From an uncultured Lentisphaeraceae bacterium (lineage in GTDB: Bacteria; Verrucomicrobiota; Kiritimatiellia; RFP12; UBA1067), in NCBI GenBank assembly GCA_964386865.1, contig CAYLUN010000020.1, positions 11,460 to 75,459 on the forward strand: 64,000 bases of DNA, read 5' to 3'. The translations under genes and the position numbers were made by a program. The stretch's first letter is position 1, and each line of letters opens with the position of its first letter. The notes beneath the pieces are model-generated. The model did no database searches. It was not told the origin of the DNA and was given only the letters and a program-made list of their open reading frames with translations. Shown here piece by piece: positions 57,190 through 64,000 of the stretch.

Positions 57190-59209
57190 GCTTTGCCTCG
57201 AATGGGGACGCAGGAAGTCCATCGCCATTGAAAAGATTGCAGCCTTCGGGATTGTCGGCCCAGGCGTAACGCACGGCGACCGGCTGTAGAACCTGCGGAC
57301 TGCTCACCACGACCGTGTCGCCCTCGATCTTCGCGTCGGCCCAGACGAATTTCCTGCTTGTCACGGCGGAGCCAGCAGGCGAAGCCGGATCCGCCGCGGC
57401 GAGGGCAAAGGTCTTCAGCGGGCCGCCTTTTGCCTGCAGGCCTTTTGCGTGCGTAAACGTGATACAAATGGAATTCCCGTCGATTTTCATGGAGGAGTAG
57501 CGGGGGCCGCTAGATTCGATCTTCTGTCCGTAGCTCTTCTCAAGCGCCACGAGCGCGAGCCGCCGCCCGACCTCCTGCTTGTTCGGCGGGTGGATCGTGA
57601 AGGCGCTGCCCAGCTCGATGCCGCAGGCGATGCCGCAATTCGGAACCGTGTCCGCAACCTGCACCTGCGCCTCGCGCAACAACGGCCAGCTACTCCGCGC
57701 GTTCACATCGTCCGAAGCAGGCCCGTTGTTGACAAGCTGTTGGATGATGAACGGGAAGTCACCCTGCCCCCACTGCATGCGCCAGTCGCGGATCATCAGC
57801 GACAGCAGTTCGCGATACTCGCCCGCGCGGCCCGCATTGCTCTCGCCCTGATACCAGATTGTTCCCTTGATCGCAAAAGGAATAAGTGGCGCGATCATGC
57901 CGTTATAGAGGGCCGAGGAGACGCCGCGGAACGGGATGTTGTTCGGCTTTGGACGTGAGGCCAGTGCCTCGGGCGGCAGCGGCGCAAAGGTGCTTTCGGT
58001 CTTCATCAGCCACTGATTATCCACGGTGCCCGCATCCGGAACCGGAAACCCGATGTTTCGACCCCACTGCCACACGCCCGCACGTTCAGTGGCGGAGACA
58101 ACCCTCACCGCCAGGACATTCCGGCCCGCTTTCACCAGCTTACCCGGTACGTTGCAGCGCCGCTGCAACAGGTAGAACTCCGGAGCCTTGTCGTAGGCAC
58201 GGCTCACTTCAACGCCGTTTAAGAATGCGGTCTCGTATTGCTCGCTGACCCAGTTGAGGCCGAGCATGAACGACTTGCCTGCCGCCGCCTCGGGCAGATC
58301 CACCTCTTTGCGCAACCAAAACACGCCGCCGGACTTTGCGCCGAGCTGACCCCAGTGCGCGGGTAGCGTGACCGTCTTCCAGTCCGCCGTATCCAGCGCC
58401 GGATCGGCCCAGCCTCGGGCAGCTTCCGAAATAGGCGGCGGCTGAACCCCGTATTTAATCTCCCAGGCTTCGCGGGCTGCCGGGAACCGTTTGTTATCTT
58501 CCCCCTGCGATTGGATCTGCGCGGCTTCCGCATCCGCCCGCTTCACCAGTTCGGGCATTGCGGACAACGCCTCGCGGCGCGTCCACGCTTCCGCCGGCGT
58601 GCCGCCGACCGAACTGTGCAGTAACCCGACGGGGATCTTCAGTTCCTTGTGCAACTCGCGACCGAAGAAATACGCGACTCCGGAAAAAGTGGCAACGGTC
58701 TGCGGCGAACAGGCTTGCCACGCGCCCTTCACCGCATTCGTCGGAGTCAGAGTCGGATTATGAGCCACAGCAAAGAGTCGGATGAGCGGATACTGCGCGG
58801 CGGCGATCTCCTGCTCCGCGTTCAGCGATCCCCTGACGTCAAAGCCCATGTTCGATTGCCCCGAAGCCAGCCACACGTCGCCGACCAGGATGTCGGAGAG
58901 GATTAAGGGTTCAGGGTTCAGGGATCTGGATATTTTCATTTCTCCGGGTACAGCGCTGGCGGGTATGGGATCCAGCTTAACGGCCCACTTGCCGTTTGCA
59001 TCGGCAGTGGCGGTTTTCGTTTGACCGGCGAACTCGACCGTGACCATCTCGCCCGCATCAGACCAACCCCACACGGGAACGGGCTTGTCGCGTTGAACAA
59101 TCATGTGGTCGGTAAAGATGGAGGCGAGTTTCAACTCCGCAGCATGGAGAGCGTTCAGAGGCGCGGCCAGCAGCAATGATCCGAGCGCTAACATCGTCAG
59201 TCTGTTCAT
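57173..59209 (-). CDS. sialate O-acetylesterase-like SGNH hydrolase (SASA family)
   Basis: It has GDVWLASGQSNM (the SGNH block I with the nucleophile Ser). Confidence 0.85.
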   Translation of the reverse strand: MNRLTMLALGSLLLAAPLNALHAAELKLASIFTDHMIVQRDKPVPVWGWSDAGEMVTVEFAGQTKTATADANGKWAVKLDPIPASAVPGEMKISRSLNPEPLILSDILVGDVWLASGQSNMGFDVRGSLNAEQEIAAAQYPLIRLFAVAHNPTLTPTNAVKGAWQACSPQTVATFSGVAYFFGRELHKELKIPVGLLHSSVGGTPAEAWTRREALSAMPELVKRADAEAAQIQSQGEDNKRFPAAREAWEIKYGVQPPPISEAARGWADPALDTADWKTVTLPAHWGQLGAKSGGVFWLRKEVDLPEAAAGKSFMLGLNWVSEQYETAFLNGVEVSRAYDKAPEFYLLQRRCNVPGKLVKAGRNVLAVRVVSATERAGVWQWGRNIGFPVPDAGTVDNQWLMKTESTFAPLPPEALASRPKPNNIPFRGVSSALYNGMIAPLIPFAIKGTIWYQGESNAGRAGEYRELLSLMIRDWRMQWGQGDFPFIIQQLVNNGPASDDVNARSSWPLLREAQVQVADTVPNCGIACGIELGSAFTIHPPNKQEVGRRLALVALEKSYGQKIESSGPRYSSMKIDGNSICITFTHAKGLQAKGGPLKTFALAAADPASPAGSAVTSRKFVWADAKIEGDTVVVSSPQVLQPVAVRYAWADNPEGCNLFNGDGLPASPFEAKHENKN

Positions 59210-59211
59210 AC

Positions 59212-61656
59212 TTATTTCCCTTTGACGGTGAGGAGGTCGAAGACACGCCCCGCCTGTTTCCCCTGATGCGCTTGGAAGCGCACCGTAATCTTATCCTTAC
59301 CCTGAGTAAGTTCCTTTGGAATAGCGAAGACACCGTCCACGCGTCCTTCCGGCGCTGGAACATTCATCTCGCCGACCTTCTGCCCGCCCACCAGCACATC
59401 AAAAGAAAACTGTTTAATGCCGAATTCGCCACCGGAGCAGCCCACGCGCAACGTGATAGGCGCATCGGGCAGAACCTTCAGATCCCAACTGAACCAATCA
59501 CCGCTGTGCCGGGTTCGATAACCGAGATGGGACCACCCCTGCGGCTTCTCCTTGCCATTCTGCGGATTGTGCTCCACATCCTGGAAAGACGGACCCGCCC
59601 GGTCGATCACGCGCGGGAGTTCCTCCCGGCGTGCGACCTCGATGGCCGCTGCCGCAGTATAGCGCGCACTCTCCACGGAAGGAAGCCAGGCACCATACAA
59701 ATTCCTGTCAGGACGATTCCCCTTGTCGGCCTCGTCAACATACCAACGACCGACATTAGCGAAGGGGATCATCTTCACGATCTTTGCGGGTTGATCCACG
59801 ATCCTGACAGGCACAGCCAAGGCTGGGCCTAGAAACCCTGCGGGGAGTTGCGCCACAACCGGTGCCGCACGGTTATCCACCGCGACGGCCTCCATCGAGA
59901 GCAAGTCCCTCAGACCGCCCTCGACCCAGAGGCCATCGACCATGTAGACCAGCGGTCCGCGTTTCAGACAGACCAACCCACTGTTGTTGTACTCGCCCTT
60001 CAGCCACTGCGGGATCATCGGGAGCCGGAGTTCCACCACATCTCCTGTCTTCCATTCGCGTTTGATCGCGCAATAGGTTCCAGATTTCAGTTCTTCCACC
60101 GTCTTGCCGTTGACCGTCAAAGCCGGTTTCTCACACCAACTCGGCAGTCGAACGCGCAGTGCAAACAGCTCGGCTTTTTCGGGGGTCACTTCGATCCGTA
60201 TCGTTTCTTCGCTCGGATATCCGGTCGTCTGCTTGAACGTCACACCGGTGCCGGAGGCCAATCTCAGACTGGCGGTTGAAGGAACGAACTGGTTGACGTA
60301 GAAACCCTCCTTGTCCGTGGCATAGAAGAAGCGCACAAGTTCAGCGGTCGCGCGATGACCGCTGCCCTGACAGCACGTTTGTCCGCCCATCTGGCGTCTT
60401 TTAGTCCCCACGAGCGCCGTGTGATAACAGAAGCCTCCGCCATCACACGCCTGCGCTGCAGGCAGATGGTTGAATATCACCTTTTCGATGGTGTCCGCAT
60501 AAACCGGACTGGCCGTCATTTCCAGCAGGCACTGATTAAGCTCCAGCCACGACATGCTGGCGCAGGTCTCCGCGACCGACTCACCATTCGGAATGAGCTG
60601 GTCCGCCTGGTAGCATTCCTGCACGCTCACCGCACCGGTCACAAAGACCTGACGGCTCATGACATCCCGCACGGCCCCTTCGACTTTGCGCAGCAGCGTG
60701 GCATCGCCGGTCGCCTGATAGAGGCGCAGAAAACCCAAGAAATTCATGTGCCAGGTGTGACTGTGGGACCAGCCCTTGATCGCGCCAATGGTTTTCTTGC
60801 CGTCGGCCACGAGGTCGAGGTCTTCGAACACATTGAGCTTGGGATCGTTCATCTTGCCCCAGCGGTTGATGTTGGCGACCACCCATTGGGTCCACTCCAG
60901 ATAGCGCTTCTCACCGGTCGTCTGGTAGAGCCGCATCATCGGATCGATGAAGAGCGTCCCTTCGAGGCACTGGTGAGCCGCATGACCGGCGATGGTGCCG
61001 CAGCCATTGGTTCGATCCTCGCGCTTGGGCCAGAACTCGGCTTTGCCCGGTCCGACAGTGTTCACATAATAGTCCGCAAGCTTTTTGGCCGCCTCCAGCG
61101 CCGGCGGACTGCCCCAGGCCTCGTACACGGTGATCAGCGCGTGCAGCGTGAAATATTGCTCGTAGGGGTCCATGCCGCGCAACGGCTGAGTCGGCGTGCG
61201 CAACGAGGTCGCCATGATACCCAGATACCCGTCGGGTTCCTGAGCGGCTATCATGCGGCGCAGGGTCTCCTCGGCCTTGGCGCGCAGCGCAACATTGCCG
61301 GTGGCCTGCGACGACCAGATGGCAGCCTCCAGCCATTTGCCCGAATGCTCACCGACGAAGTTCCATTGCGCGGTCTTCTTCTCTTCGACCAGGCGCAGCA
61401 GTTTCTCGTGCTCAAAGCCTAGATTCCCGAGTAGCCGGTCCTCCGTGTTTAGGCGGCACCGCTCCCCAATAAAGCCGCCCAGCGCACGAACCTGACCGGC
61501 TGGGACAGAAACCATGCGGCAGGGAACTATATTGGCCGACGAGGCCGGGTTCGCCGACTCAGTTCCAGAGCTCGTCTCCGGTAGTGGTGCTTTGGCGGCA
61601 AGTGCTGCCAGCGGTGCCAGCAGCAGGGCGGCAAGAATTGAGAAGACAGGCCTCAC
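59212..61656 (-). CDS. GH127-like beta-L-arabinofuranosidase (DUF1680)
   Basis: It starts with GTG at 61656 and is 814 aa. The DUF1680/GH127 family pattern includes the cysteine-rich zinc site (ETCASMSW, CDGGGFCYHTAL...CCQGSGH). Confidence 0.8.
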   Translation of the reverse strand: MRPVFSILAALLLAPLAALAAKAPLPETSSGTESANPASSANIVPCRMVSVPAGQVRALGGFIGERCRLNTEDRLLGNLGFEHEKLLRLVEEKKTAQWNFVGEHSGKWLEAAIWSSQATGNVALRAKAEETLRRMIAAQEPDGYLGIMATSLRTPTQPLRGMDPYEQYFTLHALITVYEAWGSPPALEAAKKLADYYVNTVGPGKAEFWPKREDRTNGCGTIAGHAAHQCLEGTLFIDPMMRLYQTTGEKRYLEWTQWVVANINRWGKMNDPKLNVFEDLDLVADGKKTIGAIKGWSHSHTWHMNFLGFLRLYQATGDATLLRKVEGAVRDVMSRQVFVTGAVSVQECYQADQLIPNGESVAETCASMSWLELNQCLLEMTASPVYADTIEKVIFNHLPAAQACDGGGFCYHTALVGTKRRQMGGQTCCQGSGHRATAELVRFFYATDKEGFYVNQFVPSTASLRLASGTGVTFKQTTGYPSEETIRIEVTPEKAELFALRVRLPSWCEKPALTVNGKTVEELKSGTYCAIKREWKTGDVVELRLPMIPQWLKGEYNNSGLVCLKRGPLVYMVDGLWVEGGLRDLLSMEAVAVDNRAAPVVAQLPAGFLGPALAVPVRIVDQPAKIVKMIPFANVGRWYVDEADKGNRPDRNLYGAWLPSVESARYTAAAAIEVARREELPRVIDRAGPSFQDVEHNPQNGKEKPQGWSHLGYRTRHSGDWFSWDLKVLPDAPITLRVGCSGGEFGIKQFSFDVLVGGQKVGEMNVPAPEGRVDGVFAIPKELTQGKDKITVRFQAHQGKQAGRVFDLLTVKGK

Positions 61657-62672
61657 CGTGTGACCTCCAATTTCGATTGTTTGGCTTCGTCGAGAAAGGC
61701 AAGGATGTTGGCCAGTGGCACGTCGCTCTCCACCGCGTGCGACGGAGCAAAGATGTAGCTGCCCTCACGACCCAGTGCCAGCAATCGCCGGGATTCCTCT
61801 CGGACTTGCGTCTCGGTGCCGTAGGGCAGGACGCACTGGGTTGAAAGTCCGCCGTGAAAGGCGAGCCGGGCGCGGTACTTTTCCAGAAGCGCGGTGGTGT
61901 CCATAACCTCCGGCTGGAAGGGATTGAAGCAGTTCAAGCCGAGCCCGACCAGGTCGTCGAACAGCTCATCCACATCTCCGCAGGAGTGGATCATCTGGAA
62001 CTTTCCGGCGCCCCGGACAAGACTGTACATGCGCCGGAGCTGCGGCTTGATGTATTCGTCCCAGAACGGCTTGCCCATGATCAGGCCGTGTTGCTGCCCC
62101 CAGTCGTCGCCGAAATAGACGGCGTCAATGTCGTACTTCAACGCCTCTCGTACCTGCTCGAGGTTGTAGTCGGCAATGGCTTTGAAAAGCTCGTGAACGA
62201 AGCCCGGATGATCGATGAAGTCCATCATCAGGTTCTCCATCCCGCGCAGCGTCCACGCCCTCTCGAACAGCGAGAACCCGACGTAGAACACACGAAACCG
62301 GTCGGGATGCTTCGCGATCTTCGCCGGGATGTCTGCGAAAAACCGCCGCTCGAGCGGATTCGGGAACGAGTACCCCTTCAGCGTCGGCTCCGGCAACATG
62401 CAGCCCTCGACGATACCGATGTCCTTGTCAACCGACCGGTCCCACGTGACGCCGAACACGTCGCGCAACCGGTCGTTGCCGATGGCCTCGAAAAATCCGA
62501 TAGCCGACCCGAGTTCAAGGATATGGTTGTCAACCGCCGCCTCGGCGGCATCTTCGCTCCCAAAGTGTTCCTTCAGCAGCTCCCAGGGTTCCCGAGTGAA
62601 CTGGTAGTGCCACGGCACGTAGGGCGGTTTCTTGCCGCTAAACACCAACCGTACGACTTTACGTTTTGTCAT
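61653..62672 (-). CDS. uroporphyrinogen decarboxylase (URO-D)/MtaA-family protein, second paralog
   Basis: The ATG at 62672 gives MTKRKVVRLVF. It has IHSCGDVDELFDDLVGLGLNCFNPFQPEVMD and FHGGLSTQCVLPYGT. The GTGA overlap links it to GH127. Confidence 0.8.
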   Translation of the reverse strand: MTKRKVVRLVFSGKKPPYVPWHYQFTREPWELLKEHFGSEDAAEAAVDNHILELGSAIGFFEAIGNDRLRDVFGVTWDRSVDKDIGIVEGCMLPEPTLKGYSFPNPLERRFFADIPAKIAKHPDRFRVFYVGFSLFERAWTLRGMENLMMDFIDHPGFVHELFKAIADYNLEQVREALKYDIDAVYFGDDWGQQHGLIMGKPFWDEYIKPQLRRMYSLVRGAGKFQMIHSCGDVDELFDDLVGLGLNCFNPFQPEVMDTTALLEKYRARLAFHGGLSTQCVLPYGTETQVREESRRLLALGREGSYIFAPSHAVESDVPLANILAFLDEAKQSKLEVTR

Positions 62673-63535
62673 TGGCCCACCTCGATTTTGCCGGCGGCGT
62701 TGATGCGGATCGGTAGAATTGCCGGGCGTTCGCGGAACGGCACTTGCGGGTCGTTGCCAAAAAACGTGGACCACCACCGGCCTTGCGCATCCTTGAACAG
62801 CGTGTTGTGGCCAGCGTGCGGGATGGCAAGGTACGCGTCGCCATACGGCCCGTAGATGGAATCGGCGCTCGCCGCCATGCAGTCGTAGGTCGAGGGTTTG
62901 TCGTGTTTGTTGAACTCGGCGCAGATGAGATGATACCGGCCGTTGATCTTCGCCAAGAACGCGCCTTCAAAACCGACGTGTTTCGCGTTCGCCGGTTTCA
63001 GGAAACGCGGTTCTTCGGCCAAACAACTCATGTCGTCTTTCAAGCGTGCGATCTTGCCGTTCTGCCAGAGGAAATACACTTTGCCGTCGTCATCGGCGAA
63101 CAGCGACGCGTCAATTTCGCCGGTCAGTGGCCCGTGCGGCATGACGTCTTCGTAGGGGCCTTCCGCCTTGCCGGTCTTACTGCGCAGAATGCCGGTGCCA
63201 CGGTAGTTGACACAGTAGGCGATCCAAAATGTTCCCTTGAAGTATTGAATCTCCGGCGCCCAGATGGCGCGCATGTCGTCCTTGCCTTTCTGCCAGGTGG
63301 CGTCCTTCGCGAAACTCCAGACGAGGCCGAGCGGTTCCCACGTCTTGAGGTCCTTCGATTTCCAAACGCGAATGCCCTCATTGGTTTTCCACCACGTCGG
63401 ATGGCCGGTGGTGCCGGTCAGGTAGTAGGTTTTGTCGGGACCGAGACAAACGCACGTGTCGCGTACCGGAAAATCGAACAACGGTTTGATTGGCGGTAAC
63501 GCCATTGCTGCCAACAACAAGATGGTTCTGATCAT
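62669..63535 (-). CDS. five-bladed beta-propeller glycoside hydrolase (GH43-like)
   Basis: The signal is MIRTILLLAAMALPP. It has DTCVCLGPDKTYYLTGTT, WAPEIQYFKGTFW and EGAFLAKINGRYHL. The ATGA overlap links it to the URO-D gene. Confidence 0.65.
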   Translation of the reverse strand: MIRTILLLAAMALPPIKPLFDFPVRDTCVCLGPDKTYYLTGTTGHPTWWKTNEGIRVWKSKDLKTWEPLGLVWSFAKDATWQKGKDDMRAIWAPEIQYFKGTFWIAYCVNYRGTGILRSKTGKAEGPYEDVMPHGPLTGEIDASLFADDDGKVYFLWQNGKIARLKDDMSCLAEEPRFLKPANAKHVGFEGAFLAKINGRYHLICAEFNKHDKPSTYDCMAASADSIYGPYGDAYLAIPHAGHNTLFKDAQGRWWSTFFGNDPQVPFRERPAILPIRINAAGKIEVGQ

Positions 63536-63549
63536 GATTGCCTCCTGAA

Positions 63550-64000
63550 TTAGAAAAACCGCACATACAATGCCACCACACAGCCCACCAGCACCAAGCT
63601 CCAGAAGTTGAAGGATTTGTACCAGGGGATGGCGGCCAGTTCGGCGGCGATGTCCTCAGGCATTGTCCGATCAATGAGTGACTGGGCGGGAATGTCCGCG
63701 CCACGATGGCGATAGATAAACAGAATCAGAAGCGCCACGGCAAAGTCAAAGACCGCCCGTGTCAGGAAGGGGATGGACGGCATCCATCCGGCGTTTTCCG
63801 CCAGGGTAAAGGAGAGCGCCCAGAAAGGTCCGACTAGGATGGCGATCAGCGCGCCCTTGGCGGTGGCCCGCTTGTAGAAGAAACCGGCCAGGAAGAGGGC
63901 GCACACCGAGGGGTAGGCGATCGCCCAGTATTTCTGGATGTAAATGAAGATGGCCTTGAGGTCCCGCAGATAGTAGCCGATCAGCGTTGCGGCAATCAGA
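63550..64000 (-). CDS. sodium:solute symporter (SSS) family transporter, C-terminal part (5' end beyond the window)
   Basis: The frame is open to the window edge. FFYKRATAKGALIAILVG resembles the SSS 'FWKRATxxGA' TM segment, followed by hydrophobic helices. Confidence 0.55.
   Translation of the reverse strand, partial: LIAATLIGYYLRDLKAIFIYIQKYWAIAYPSVCALFLAGFFYKRATAKGALIAILVGPFWALSFTLAENAGWMPSIPFLTRAVFDFAVALLILFIYRHRGADIPAQSLIDRTMPEDIAAELAAIPWYKSFNFWSLVLVGCVVALYVRFF

Overview
This 64-kb window has about 65% GC and is densely coding, with no rRNA, tRNA, CRISPR array or recognisable IS element or transposase. The gene content points to a PVC-superphylum bacterium (Verrucomicrobia/Planctomycetes-like), but that is an inference. 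The supporting genes are a Tat-signal sulfatase, a fused MFS/spermidine-synthase-like membrane protein next to an 8-heme cytochrome c with HEAT/TPR repeats, a 1777-aa metzincin/cadherin/PA14 surface protein, and many CAZymes.

Functional blocks, left to right:
(i) a TPR-like secreted protein, a GH-like/LamG protein, a uroporphyrinogen-decarboxylase-family (URO-D) protein and a sulfatase;
(ii) a PIN/AbrB toxin-antitoxin pair sitting in a low-GC pocket;
(iii) a degraded GH2 pseudogene, then tpiA and housekeeping genes (SDR, ThuA-like, S4-domain protein);
(iv) a histone-H1-like KA-repeat protein;
(v) GT4 and YgjP-like genes, then the E2 (dihydrolipoyl acyltransferase) and E3 (lpdA) components of a 2-oxo-acid dehydrogenase;
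(vi) a 105-bp palindromic iteron-like element upstream of an AI-2E transporter gene;
(vii) the cytochrome c / MFS-spermidine-synthase operon;
(viii) the giant adhesin/protease;
(ix) a minus-strand operon from GH2 beta-galactosidase through seven glycan-synthesis genes, including both an alpha1,2- and an alpha1,3-fucosyltransferase (a Lewis-antigen-like combination);
(x) a CoADR-rhodanese-TusA-DsrE four-domain sulfur-trafficking fusion;
(xi) a degradative CAZyme cluster (GH95 fucosidase, GH43, sialate O-acetylesterase, GH127, a second URO-D-like gene, a small GH43-like gene, and an SSS symporter).

Anomalies seen directly in the sequence are a 67-bp repeat-flanked insertion that frameshifts the 3' end of the TPR gene, a GH2 gene with an N-terminal domain deletion and a homopolymer frameshift, a ~90-bp low-GC in-frame insertion with palindromic GAATTC repeats inside GH95, a truncated beta-helix gene fragment, and a 334-bp unexplained non-coding gap. 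Many long antisense ORFs in the track are treated as high-GC artefacts.
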